From IMG/VR virus record IMGVR_UViG_3300037516_001783, positions 1 through 64,000 of that record: a stretch of DNA of 64,000 nucleotides. One strand, 5' to 3'. Made by a program: the position numbers and the translations under genes. This document shows positions 10,399 to 20,539 of this stretch, piece by piece; within the stretch, counting starts at the first letter, position 1; each line of letters starts with the position of its first letter. This stretch comes from a virus. The notes beneath the pieces were generated by a model. The model was not told where the DNA came from. It searched no databases and saw only the letters and a list, made by a program, of their open reading frames with translations.

Positions 10399-12864
10399 TT
10401 AAGATTTTATTATTACGTTCATTGATACTCCATCTGCTCCTTGATTCAGCCTGAACTGTATTGTGTCATTAGGAGCTAAAGTTATTGCAGATGTAGGCTT
10501 TATCGAAACATCAAGTGTGTTTGCAGCTATATCTGTTGTATGAAAAGCTTCCCATCCTAATCCATTCTTGTTATAGAATACTTTATAGTTTAGAGTTGGA
10601 GCTGTTCCAAAATTTAAAGTTAAAGCGTAAATACTGCAAGCATCTACAGCTATCCATTTTGTAGAACCTGTATCATTTAACATCTGAAATAAAGATGTAT
10701 TCGCTGTGTATGTGTATTTCCAACCAAACTGAACTGTTAAGTTAGTGTTTAAAGTAGTTGCAAATGTCACAACGCTGTTGTTCTGAACTCCTTTAAACAA
10801 GTTAGCAGTAACATCATGCCATATAAGACCATTTCTGGTTGTACCTAAGTTACCTGCTACTAGGTTTAAACCCAGACCCTTGTTTGTATCTTGTAAATCT
10901 AAACAAGCACTTGCATTAATCTCACTACTAACACCAATGGCAAGTCCTCCGTTATACATTATAGCCCTCGTGCTATTTTTAGATTCAAATCTATGTATAA
11001 TACCTCCATTTGTTGATAATATAGATTTGCTTCGAGAGGTTATTATACCTAGTGAAGAAACTTCTTGAACATACGTATCTGACACAGCATGATAAACACC
11101 AAATGCCCTTAATCCAGTTACTTCATCAGCTTGAACAAATAAGTTAGTAGCAAATGAGCCGCCTAATCTAACCATTACTCTATTAGCATTATTTAAAAAA
11201 TCAACTCCATGCACTTGACCAAATACAAAACTTGACCTTGAATTTGTATAATCGTAACTAACTGCAAATGTTGGGGCACTTACATTATTAGCATCTACTC
11301 TAAAAATAGGTTTGCTAGTAGTATTAAAATCTTTAAAATAATAAGTGTTACCTCCTGTATTACCTGCTGATGTACCAAAATAAATATTTCCATTAACAGT
11401 TGCGATACTTGAACCGTTGTCTATTAATTGACTATCAACATAACCACTACCATTCCACTTACTTACATAGTTAGTAGTCAACCCTGTAGGTGTGTTAAAC
11501 TTCCCATTCCAAGTAGAAGCACTTGCAATGTAAGCATCTGCAATAGAAGTACCTTGCCACACACCTGTCCCAATCGTACCAAGAGTTGTTATTGAAGTTT
11601 GACCTACGTAAGTAGAAGCTATATCTATAGTCTTAGTTGTTCCTCCACTAACTGTAACTCTATTCAAAGTACCTACTACATCTGCAACTGTTGCTGCTGG
11701 GTATGCTAATTCTGTCCAACTTCCTATTAATGAAGTATTTGAGCCTGTTATAATAAATGTAGTCCCTCTGTCAGACCTAATACACCAATCACCTTTCTGA
11801 CCTGTCAACCCAAGCATTGCAGATTGATTAACGACAGAACCTAAATAATCAACAACAGCCAAATCAGGTAGAACAGAAGTATTTAATTTACCTGTAGAAT
11901 CTAATCCAGCATAACCGTTATTAACATTTTTGTTAGAAGTTAATTCAAAGTACTGTAAAACATTACCATCATTTTTCCATATAGGATTACCATTAACATC
12001 TGCTGCGAAACTTGATTCGCTTGCTGATGCTGAAATTGCTGAACTTTGATGTTTTAAACCTATATGTCCAGAACCATTTGTACCATTTACTTTAAAATGT
12101 TTAGCGTTAAGTGAATAGTTTCCAATATCAATGTCTTGGTTAGCATTACTACCATCTAAATCTAATTTTTGTGACAAATCAACATCACCTTCCATTAAAA
12201 AGTTTTTCCAAACACCATTCCTGTAACCTTCATATTGATAGGTTTGTGAATTATATGCTATTGAACCGTCTGTTGAATATCTCTGTGAAGTTCCTATCCT
12301 TGGTATTAAAAATCCATTACTATTTACATTAACAACTTCACCAACAAATGACGTTTCTGAAGATGAAATTTGAATTGTACCTGAACCTACATCCAATCTT
12401 GATAGACCTGTACCTGAATTTAATTGGAATAGATTACCACCAGCATAAAATTCTACTCTTGTTTCACCGTAAATATTTGCAACAGTACCATTCAATTCAA
12501 CTTTACTTTTGTTAACACCAGAAATGCTATAATACATCCCTATGTTACTTGTTGAACCTACACCAAAATAAATTTGTGGTACTGTTTCAAAAATACCAAA
12601 TTTAATGTTACTTGAACTGTCAACTAATAAGTCACCACTTATCTTTTTAGATGGTTGTGTACCTGTTATTGGAATGTAATCTCCTAAATCTCCTGTTCCA
12701 CCTACTTCACCTAAAACTTTCCATGTAAGTGTAACAGTATCGTAATATTTAATCTTTTTTACACCATTATTAGTGTCATACCACAACATCACAATGTTTA
12801 TTGGAGGTTCATATCCAACATGCATTGCTTTTATTTGACCGTAATTTTTTTGAAATGTTGTCAT
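10399..12864 (-). CDS. Tail fibre / receptor-binding protein
   Basis: 821 aa, G/S/T/N-rich; LWYDT, GYAGLDSTGK and VGQTSITTLGTI fibre motifs; downstream of baseplate J. Confidence 0.75.
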   Translation of the reverse strand: MTTFQKNYGQIKAMHVGYEPPINIVMLWYDTNNGVKKIKYYDTVTLTWKVLGEVGGTGDLGDYIPITGTQPSKKISGDLLVDSSSNIKFGIFETVPQIYFGVGSTSNIGMYYSISGVNKSKVELNGTVANIYGETRVEFYAGGNLFQLNSGTGLSRLDVGSGTIQISSSETSFVGEVVNVNSNGFLIPRIGTSQRYSTDGSIAYNSQTYQYEGYRNGVWKNFLMEGDVDLSQKLDLDGSNANQDIDIGNYSLNAKHFKVNGTNGSGHIGLKHQSSAISASASESSFAADVNGNPIWKNDGNVLQYFELTSNKNVNNGYAGLDSTGKLNTSVLPDLAVVDYLGSVVNQSAMLGLTGQKGDWCIRSDRGTTFIITGSNTSLIGSWTELAYPAATVADVVGTLNRVTVSGGTTKTIDIASTYVGQTSITTLGTIGTGVWQGTSIADAYIASASTWNGKFNTPTGLTTNYVSKWNGSGYVDSQLIDNGSSIATVNGNIYFGTSAGNTGGNTYYFKDFNTTSKPIFRVDANNVSAPTFAVSYDYTNSRSSFVFGQVHGVDFLNNANRVMVRLGGSFATNLFVQADEVTGLRAFGVYHAVSDTYVQEVSSLGIITSRSKSILSTNGGIIHRFESKNSTRAIMYNGGLAIGVSSEINASACLDLQDTNKGLGLNLVAGNLGTTRNGLIWHDVTANLFKGVQNNSVVTFATTLNTNLTVQFGWKYTYTANTSLFQMLNDTGSTKWIAVDACSIYALTLNFGTAPTLNYKVFYNKNGLGWEAFHTTDIAANTLDVSIKPTSAITLAPNDTIQFRLNQGADGVSMNVIIKS

Positions 12865-13184
12865 ATAACCTTTTCGTAAATTAACTCACCTAATTCGTTA
12901 ATTGAATAATTATCACTGTCAACAGCCTTTATATTTAACTCACCATTACTATCAATCCAAACTGATAATTCATCTGGGTTATTTTCAGAAACCATTAACA
13001 ACTCACCTTCTTTGAAATCAATTGAATTTAATTTACCAACTTGGTCGTCAACTAATAACACATCTTTTATCAAAGGTTCATCACTTGCTGGTGTTTGTAA
13101 ATTTATAGATTTTGTGACTCCTGTATTTGTCTTTGTATCTATGACCGATGAAGTTGTTATTTTTATCTTCTTAGAATTTGCCAT
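12861..13184 (-). CDS. Small tail/baseplate protein
   Basis: IDSNGEL / INELGEL internal repeat; translationally coupled to its neighbours. Confidence 0.45.
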   Translation of the reverse strand: MANSKKIKITTSSVIDTKTNTGVTKSINLQTPASDEPLIKDVLLVDDQVGKLNSIDFKEGELLMVSENNPDELSVWIDSNGELNIKAVDSDNYSINELGELIYEKVI

Positions 13185-14371
13185 TACAGTAGAGTTTGTT
13201 GTAAACTAAAATCAGCAACAGAAGGATAGTAATAAGGGTTTAAAGTCCCTGAAACTTCAGACATTACAGTACCATCTGGATTTAACATTATAAAACCTCT
13301 TATTCTAGGAATTTGGTTTGAAGGTATCTTAATATCAATTTTAGGTGAGAATGTATTATCTAAAATTCTCCTCACTCCAGGAACTCCTTTCACAATTATA
13401 AGTAAGTCTTCCCATTCTATCAAATTACCTTTAAAATAGCGATAATCGATGAACTTATTCATCCTTAATTGAGTTTCCTTTCTGATATTAGTAGCATCAA
13501 AACCACTTTCTAAAATACATCTGTAACTAACATCTATTGGGTACCAAACTGGGTTCTGTAATTTGACTCCGAATTTAGAACTTCCGTTTGGTTTATAATC
13601 AACTAAAGAAATATGTTTTTCTAAACCAACCATCATCTGATTAAATTCATTATCTGTAAAATCGATACCGTTTTGAGATACCACAGACAATAATACTTGA
13701 CCATCTGAAGCTATTCCATTATGAATAACTTTTAAGACGTTTGGATTAACTTTTATCAATGATTGTTCTAATAATCCGATTGTTCCTGTAGCAATGAAAT
13801 TACAACCATTCATGATTCTATTTCTAAAATCATCGTCATTTTCACTATCTCTACCACCTGTCGCATTATACTCGTTAATACAGTATTTGTGACCAACAGG
13901 AACAGGATTTACAGATGTTATTGATAGTGGTGCTGAATTTGTTTTTTCTCCTAGAGATTGACTTCTTACTTTTACATAACCAAATCCAGAAGCACCTATA
14001 TTTAGAGTTTGTTCAACGTCAAAAACAGTTCCGTCTAAACTTTTGAATGTGTGAAATCCTGCAATATAAGAAGTATTTATATCACCAACAACCCTTACAT
14101 AAGTAGAACTCTGACTTGAACCGAATCTATTTGAAATACCGTATCTTTGTGCTATTACATCAAGATTTTCACCATAAGCGTCTTCTGGAAATAAATGGCT
14201 TTCTAATACAGCAACATCTTTTAATATTTTTTGACCAATTTTAGCAACTCCGTACGCAATACCATTATTAACAGACAAAGGAGAAACTTTTGTAACTTTA
14301 TCTGTATTGTTAAGGAACATCTCAATGTATATTCCTTTTAATTCCTCTACAGTTGATATTTTAGTTATCAT
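13184..14371 (-). CDS. Baseplate J-like wedge protein
   Basis: AYGENLD..A..YGI.R, GG.D.E.DDDFR.RI, GT, VPGV motifs. Confidence 0.9.
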   Translation of the reverse strand: MITKISTVEELKGIYIEMFLNNTDKVTKVSPLSVNNGIAYGVAKIGQKILKDVAVLESHLFPEDAYGENLDVIAQRYGISNRFGSSQSSTYVRVVGDINTSYIAGFHTFKSLDGTVFDVEQTLNIGASGFGYVKVRSQSLGEKTNSAPLSITSVNPVPVGHKYCINEYNATGGRDSENDDDFRNRIMNGCNFIATGTIGLLEQSLIKVNPNVLKVIHNGIASDGQVLLSVVSQNGIDFTDNEFNQMMVGLEKHISLVDYKPNGSSKFGVKLQNPVWYPIDVSYRCILESGFDATNIRKETQLRMNKFIDYRYFKGNLIEWEDLLIIVKGVPGVRRILDNTFSPKIDIKIPSNQIPRIRGFIMLNPDGTVMSEVSGTLNPYYYPSVADFSLQQTLL

Positions 14372-15294
14372 ATTGTTTTTTCACTTTCTATTAGTAAACC
14401 TCTAATTGTATTAACTGAAAATTTAAAATCAACTGAGTCTGAATTTTGAGTTATACTTTCAACTTTGAAATCAATTAATGAATCATCTGTGTTGAAAAGT
14501 AAGTATAACTGCCTCTTAATAACAGGTGAATTAATTATAGCCATATTTCCACCAACAACTAAATCTGTCCTTACACCTAAATTCTTGAATTCAGGTACAG
14601 AACCGTATTTAACATCTGTAAGAATAGAAATTGATTGTTTTGCAGTATCTATGTATGAGTTAATTTCAAAGTCTTCATTTACAAAATTAATTTTCTTTTT
14701 AAAATCAAGTCCGTAAAGTTTATCACCAACCATATTATCACATACAGATTCCAACCTTGCATTGTTTTTTCTTATGTAAGGTAAAATTAAATCTACACCT
14801 CCAGATTGATTGTAATCTTCTTCTAATAAATCGTTTGATAATGCTATGTCAACCCACCTATCATCACTTGAATCTGTACTTACTTTTTCGTTCTGAACAT
14901 CTTCTAATGTTTGATATTTTTTTGTTGTATAATCAAAAACATCGTAGTCTGATAAGTTTAACCTAACAGACCTCAACCTTCTTGAAAGATTATTTGAAGA
15001 TTGTAAAGTTGTCTTTATTTCATCTAACATTACAACTAAATCCCAATAATACATTTCACTCAACAATACTTTATTGTTAAAAATTATTGTTGAAATAACA
15101 TCACTTTCTCTTAAAAGGTTTGTTAGATTTTTGAAAGCTTTTGAATCTGGTTTTGAGACTAATAAACTAAACCAATCTTTAATTTTAACATAGTCTAATT
15201 TAAAAAATGAGTCAACGTCAATCAGATATTTATAGATATCGTATTTTGTTAATTTAACAAAATTGTCAAGAGCCTTTGTTTGATAATTTTCCAT
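14368..15294 (-). CDS. Baseplate protein (degenerate LysM-like region plus C-terminal gp25/gpW-like domain)
   Basis: YQTLE..WVDIA..N.L then LYGLDF, GSVPEF..LG and DDS; directly upstream of baseplate J. Confidence 0.6.
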   Translation of the reverse strand: MENYQTKALDNFVKLTKYDIYKYLIDVDSFFKLDYVKIKDWFSLLVSKPDSKAFKNLTNLLRESDVISTIIFNNKVLLSEMYYWDLVVMLDEIKTTLQSSNNLSRRLRSVRLNLSDYDVFDYTTKKYQTLEDVQNEKVSTDSSDDRWVDIALSNDLLEEDYNQSGGVDLILPYIRKNNARLESVCDNMVGDKLYGLDFKKKINFVNEDFEINSYIDTAKQSISILTDVKYGSVPEFKNLGVRTDLVVGGNMAIINSPVIKRQLYLLFNTDDSLIDFKVESITQNSDSVDFKFSVNTIRGLLIESEKTI

Positions 15295-16103
15295 TACAAT
15301 AGTGAAGTTAATTTATTTAAAGAACCTCTTGAAATTTGCTCTTGGTTTATCAAAGCATTAACATTAACATCTGTTGATTTTGAAGTCAGTGCTGAACTTG
15401 TAAAGCTTAACACATTTTTTGCTGATTTCTGTACAGAATCTATGGTTGTATATTTTGATAACCTCTTTTTTAATTCTGGTGAATCTATGATGTCGTCGGC
15501 TGGAGCGATAGCCTTAAAAGACATAGCATAATTCCAAATCATGTTTTTACTAATATCTTGACTAGCTTGAAAAGAAGTAACTTCTATCAAATAGTTAGCA
15601 TTAAAAGCATAGTTGTAAAAAAACACTAATACTGGAAGACCGTTGTACAAATTAGAAGTTCTGTTGTATATGTTCTCTAAAACCTTAACACACCCATATC
15701 CAGTTTTCACATTTCTTGTTAAAATGTTATCACTTTTAACATCTGAACCTCCTCTTGTTATAATCTTCAACTTTCTACCAAAATCACCACTTATTGACAT
15801 TTCAATAGGTACAAAAGAGTTGTTTTCTAAAACACTTATACCGTCAGCAGTTTTTGTTACTGTCTTACTTTTTGATTTGATAACACTCATGTTATTTGGT
15901 GTTATTGGGAAAGTGAAAAATTCTAAAACATTGTTCAAATCATTAGCGTCAACAACTTCAATTGAACATAAATAATATTCAAAATCGTTTGGTGCCACTT
16001 GATTAAGTATTGCTCTACCAGCAGGAGAAACTACTCCTCCTACATTAGATAGAAAACTACCTACATAATCTGAAACTTTCCCTAATTCACTGCCTGTTAT
16101 CAT
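15294..16103 (-). CDS. Tail tube initiator / baseplate protein
   Basis: FTFPITP, KT..G, ISGDFG, WNYAMSF motifs typical of tube-like baseplate proteins. Confidence 0.6.
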   Translation of the reverse strand: MITGSELGKVSDYVGSFLSNVGGVVSPAGRAILNQVAPNDFEYYLCSIEVVDANDLNNVLEFFTFPITPNNMSVIKSKSKTVTKTADGISVLENNSFVPIEMSISGDFGRKLKIITRGGSDVKSDNILTRNVKTGYGCVKVLENIYNRTSNLYNGLPVLVFFYNYAFNANYLIEVTSFQASQDISKNMIWNYAMSFKAIAPADDIIDSPELKKRLSKYTTIDSVQKSAKNVLSFTSSALTSKSTDVNVNALINQEQISRGSLNKLTSLL

Positions 16104-16111
16104 ATTTTTAT

Positions 16112-16120
16112 ATAACTGTT
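16112..16120 (-). promoter_or_regulatory. Candidate late promoter AACAGTTAT
   Basis: Recurrent motif, 9 nt before ATG 16103. Confidence 0.5.
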
Positions 16121-17012
16121 AATTGAATAACAGCGAAATCCTCTCTTTTATCAAATTGACTTTAGCAATTGAATCTGGAGCAAGTGGCAATACACCTGAA
16201 ATTGGGTCTAATACTTTGATTGCCAGAATCTCTGTAACTAAATCACCAAAAAGTTTTGCAAAATCTTCCTTCTTATTTTTAATACTTACATTCTCTTTTG
16301 CTACAGTAATTGAAGTAGATTCAGTTTCAAGTTTAACTCCAGATTCAGACATTGAAACCTTATTTTTAAATTGGTCTTGGATTGATAAATTTCCGTCACC
16401 ATCTATACTTATGATACTTTGCTTACCTTTCTTACCAACTTTGATATCAAGTGTTCCAGGAGTCTTTAAATTCACTGATTTTTCAGCATTAACATTTAAG
16501 TCTCCTTGTACATCTAAATCAAATTCAGCTTCATTTGTGTCATTACAAATTTTTAAAAATGACTTTTCACCTTTTTTATTAGAATTACAAACAAGTCTGA
16601 ATGTTCCACCCTTACCTGATAAATCAAAGTCAACAAAATTTGAAAAACTTTCCTTAAAAATTCTAAATTGCCTTTCTTCTAAAATGATAGGTTGTTCATC
16701 TTCAGTTTGTAAAATACAAACAACTTTTGACTTTCTGTAAAGTGTGTCCCTCACGCAGAATACAGCTGTACCTACCTCTCCAAACTGAGAAGGAAATTCT
16801 ATGTAATGTATAGAACCTTTGTCAATTTGAACATTCTTTTCTATTTGATTGTCAACACTTTTAATCATCAAAGTGCCCTTTTTAAAACAATCTTTTATAT
16901 ACTTTGTTCTATCGACATCTAATGGTATAATAACATGTCCTGTGAAGGCTACGTACTCATTAACTCCGTATCCCTTTTTACCTATTGTTTTTGAGTTATC
17001 ATTCATCATCAC
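16119..17012 (-). CDS. Baseplate central spike (gpV/gp5-like)
   Basis: N-terminal OB-like region (EFP...G.AV), C-terminal beta-helix-like repeats; follows the hub gene. Confidence 0.6.
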   Translation of the reverse strand: MMMNDNSKTIGKKGYGVNEYVAFTGHVIIPLDVDRTKYIKDCFKKGTLMIKSVDNQIEKNVQIDKGSIHYIEFPSQFGEVGTAVFCVRDTLYRKSKVVCILQTEDEQPIILEERQFRIFKESFSNFVDFDLSGKGGTFRLVCNSNKKGEKSFLKICNDTNEAEFDLDVQGDLNVNAEKSVNLKTPGTLDIKVGKKGKQSIISIDGDGNLSIQDQFKNKVSMSESGVKLETESTSITVAKENVSIKNKKEDFAKLFGDLVTEILAIKVLDPISGVLPLAPDSIAKVNLIKERISLLFN

Positions 17013-20000
17013 CGTTCCTCCAAATTTCTAATTCTCTTTCTGCTCTATCAAGTTTTATTATGTTACTTTCAAGTTCATTCACTTCAATAATTTCACCTAA
17101 ATTTGGTTGATTTGAAATAGAATAATTCCCTAAAGTTTCAAAGTCTAATATGTTATCTGAAAACTGTCGTCTACTTAAGAAGAATGAAAAAATTTCTTGA
17201 TTAACTTTTAATTTAGAATAATTATCTTGGTAAGTTTCAACAACTTGTTGGACACCTTCTGAATTTTGATATGTAAGTTTAACAATTACAGCTCTATCGT
17301 TTTTAGATAAATTTTGTTTATCTGATAGCAAGTTATCAAGGTCTGCAGCAACCTTTTCACCGAATGTATAAACACTTATCCTGTCATTACCTAATGGTGG
17401 TAATTCTGGAAAGCTTCTATTGTAAGTTTCTTTTATAATACTGACAACATGATGTGCTCTTCTTGAACCTAAATCTTTGTTATAAGATACTGAAGACCTT
17501 TCATCTGTGTAACCTGTAACTCTTATAGATAGTGAACTGTCGTTTCGTAGTTTATTCACATACTTATCTATTATAGATAAATTTTTGTATGAAATTTCTA
17601 ATCTAACATTTTGATTTCTTTCATCTAACTTATTCAGTAATGATAAATCTCTTGTTGGGTCTAACAATGAAGATTCATTTGTATCGAACAACAATTTAGA
17701 ATCTTCAACAGTATCAGTTGGTATTGTTCTTTTTGTAGACAACTGTTTTTCTGAAGAATGTAAACCTGATATTATATTGAAGTATAAAGGAAGTATGTAT
17801 TGTCCAGAAGCATTGTACTCAACCATCCCTCTACTAACTGAAATAGTTGTAGTGTAATTTGTTTGCTTTTCGTTTACAGAATAGTTATGATTCACACCAT
17901 CTATGTAAAATACTTCACCTGTAGTTTTTGACCTCATCCACACACCTTTTCTTATCCTTTCGTCACCAATTACTGTAAAAGTTCCAGACCTCGTAAAAGG
18001 GAGATAAGCATTCGTTTCTATGAGAAATGATAAATCTTCAAATATTTGTCTTTCAGTTCTTGTTTTATCAGCACCATATTTTTCTTGCTCCTCTCTTTTT
18101 GGATTTATACCAGCAAAAGGAGTGTAAATATTTTGAACGTCTAAACCTTTATTACCATAAACTTCACAGAATTCTCTAAAGAATACTGCTGGCATTTCTT
18201 CTAAGTAACTGAACTGTTGTTTACCGTAAGAAACATAATCAGTATTCATCCTATACCAACTATAAACATCTCCAGAGTACCAACCTAAATTTGTTGAGAC
18301 AACCTTATCAGCAGTAATATTTAAAGCTTCTGAGTTAGAAGTTAATTCATCTAAATAAGATTTTACATCTGATTCATTGAATGGTGGTCTCCTAATTAAA
18401 AAGAAAAAGTTGTTAATGTATGTATCACTAAGTAATTCAACAAAACGGTCATCAACCATTGTTTTTATACCGTTCATTATACTACCACTGTGTACAGCTA
18501 TTGTTGTATCTCTAACATACCTATCCTGTACATTATCAGGGTCACTAATTACTTTAACAATCTTCCAAATTCCAGCAGCATCATACCTTTCTATCTTTCT
18601 GGATTCATAATTGAAGAAATCGTATTGAGATATTCTAAAATCATCTTTTACTCCTAAATAAGATAGGAATAAATTACCATTACAAATTTCTGTTGTAACT
18701 AATGAGTTAAAAATGAATGACACCATTTCACCAACAGTTCTTTCCTTACTATATGAAGCAGATAACAATTCTGTATTCATATTGAGTTTTGAAGCTAATG
18801 CTGGACGTCCCCAATTTTCCGGATTATCATTTCTAAAAATTCCTGTTTGTTGTCTAACTTCCCTACCTATGTTCAATAATTGAGTACTGTCTTCAATTAT
18901 CAATTTATTAAGGTCTCTACCTGTTATACTTACACCTCCAGAAGCATCTTGACCTTGTGTTGATACTGTATTTGTATCGACTAAACCTATTAATGAGAAA
19001 GAATTTTGTGATAATTTTTCAGTTGGATAGACTATGTTATACGGTTCATCTGGTGAGACTGTGTTAGTTTCTTTGTCAAAGATGTTATCATCATTAAATG
19101 AAATAAATACAACATCATTTGCACTTATCATGTTATGAAAATAGAAAATATTTTGCATTTTCAAATCTTCACCATTGACATTTACATCTCTATGTGTATT
19201 TCCTTTAAAGACATAACCACCTTGTCTGTTTACTTCTTTGTAACCTTTTGGTAGTACCTTTAAAGAGAAATCATTTTCATAAGACATTGTTATTGGTGGT
19301 AATGTAAATGAAAATGAAGCACCATTTTTAGTATTATTAACAACTAAGTTTTGTATAAAAGGTGAGATATCTAATAATTCACCTTGAACATCATACCTTG
19401 GTCTTGCAGAAGATTGTCCTTTTTTAACATTTACAGCTTTACACCAAATAAGTACTTTTGGTTTTTGTTGTCTTTTTAAAACTACCGATGTCTGGGTGTT
19501 AAATTTCTTCTTGAAGGTTTTAGTTACAACACTTCTTTTTAAGGCATTTAAAATAAAAGTCTTTGTATTTTTATTTGGGAATATGTTGGTTGAACCGTCA
19601 AATGGTACAAATTCTGGAAGTATCCAAGCACCACTAATTTCAATCCTAGCACCTAATGGGACATAATTAGCTTCTTGACCATCTTCAATTTTATTACCAT
19701 TTTTATCTAACTTCTCTTCACCATAAGCTTTTCTAATACTTTGTCTGTTAGTTGCTGGTGTACCAAAATTAAGTATTTTATCTGCTGTTAATTCTTTCTT
19801 GTTTAAATAATCATACCAACCTTTGTATTGAATGATTTCATCTAATGTGGTATATAAAGGGTTTGTGTGTATATAAACGATATTCCCTTTTGTCAATGGA
19901 ATAACAACACTATCAACTTGTTTTTGTTCTTCTATTCTTTGACTAACTTCTTTTTGTTTCTTTTGTTCTGTTTTTTGTACTGTACTGCTTTTTAAAGTAA

Positions 20001-20538
20001 TTTTAGATTTTTTATCAACCCATCTTTTAAATGAACTTATGGTAATGTCACCATTTTCATTATCAATACCTCTATTCCCTTCGGATATCTTTTTAGGAAA
20101 TTTCCAATTATTAGGTTTATAAAGTGTACCACCAAAAACACCATCTGCATTAGGATAAAAAGCTATCAAATACAGATGATATAAATCTGTAATTTTACCT
20201 GTATAGGCTTTAAAATATTGATAAACATATTCAAGTTGTTCGTAATTTTTTAAAGCACCCATCTTTTCAGCATAGTACTTTCTTAATGTCCTATCTTTTG
20301 ATTGTGATTTAGATAATTTACCTAGTAAACCACAACAAGTTGCAGGCATAAATTGAATCAAACCGACAGCACCTGTAACTTTATTCCTGACTGAAGGTGA
20401 GAATGTACCACCTGTTTCAGAATTAAAAATAATCATCAGCCAATCTGGGTCAACACCTAAAAGTCTTGATATACTGATTACTTTATTTTCAAATAACTGA
20501 CGATTCTCAGTTATATTCTCTATAAATTTAATTGCCAT
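16999..20538 (-). CDS. Baseplate hub / tail-associated lysin: N-terminal lytic transglycosylase, central hub, C-terminal OmpA-like domain
   Basis: SETGGTF.P..N..TGAVGLIQFMP (SLT); ITGRD, RRPPF, FYIDGVNHNY..T..VSRG (hub); VTGYTDERSSVSYNKDLGSRRA..V (OmpA-C). Confidence 0.8.
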   Translation of the reverse strand: MAIKFIENITENRQLFENKVISISRLLGVDPDWLMIIFNSETGGTFSPSVRNKVTGAVGLIQFMPATCCGLLGKLSKSQSKDRTLRKYYAEKMGALKNYEQLEYVYQYFKAYTGKITDLYHLYLIAFYPNADGVFGGTLYKPNNWKFPKKISEGNRGIDNENGDITISSFKRWVDKKSKITLKSSTVQKTEQKKQKEVSQRIEEQKQVDSVVIPLTKGNIVYIHTNPLYTTLDEIIQYKGWYDYLNKKELTADKILNFGTPATNRQSIRKAYGEEKLDKNGNKIEDGQEANYVPLGARIEISGAWILPEFVPFDGSTNIFPNKNTKTFILNALKRSVVTKTFKKKFNTQTSVVLKRQQKPKVLIWCKAVNVKKGQSSARPRYDVQGELLDISPFIQNLVVNNTKNGASFSFTLPPITMSYENDFSLKVLPKGYKEVNRQGGYVFKGNTHRDVNVNGEDLKMQNIFYFHNMISANDVVFISFNDDNIFDKETNTVSPDEPYNIVYPTEKLSQNSFSLIGLVDTNTVSTQGQDASGGVSITGRDLNKLIIEDSTQLLNIGREVRQQTGIFRNDNPENWGRPALASKLNMNTELLSASYSKERTVGEMVSFIFNSLVTTEICNGNLFLSYLGVKDDFRISQYDFFNYESRKIERYDAAGIWKIVKVISDPDNVQDRYVRDTTIAVHSGSIMNGIKTMVDDRFVELLSDTYINNFFFLIRRPPFNESDVKSYLDELTSNSEALNITADKVVSTNLGWYSGDVYSWYRMNTDYVSYGKQQFSYLEEMPAVFFREFCEVYGNKGLDVQNIYTPFAGINPKREEQEKYGADKTRTERQIFEDLSFLIETNAYLPFTRSGTFTVIGDERIRKGVWMRSKTTGEVFYIDGVNHNYSVNEKQTNYTTTISVSRGMVEYNASGQYILPLYFNIISGLHSSEKQLSTKRTIPTDTVEDSKLLFDTNESSLLDPTRDLSLLNKLDERNQNVRLEISYKNLSIIDKYVNKLRNDSSLSIRVTGYTDERSSVSYNKDLGSRRAHHVVSIIKETYNRSFPELPPLGNDRISVYTFGEKVAADLDNLLSDKQNLSKNDRAVIVKLTYQNSEGVQQVVETYQDNYSKLKVNQEIFSFFLSRRQFSDNILDFETLGNYSISNQPNLGEIIEVNELESNIIKLDRAERELEIWRNGDDE

Positions 20539-20539
20539 T

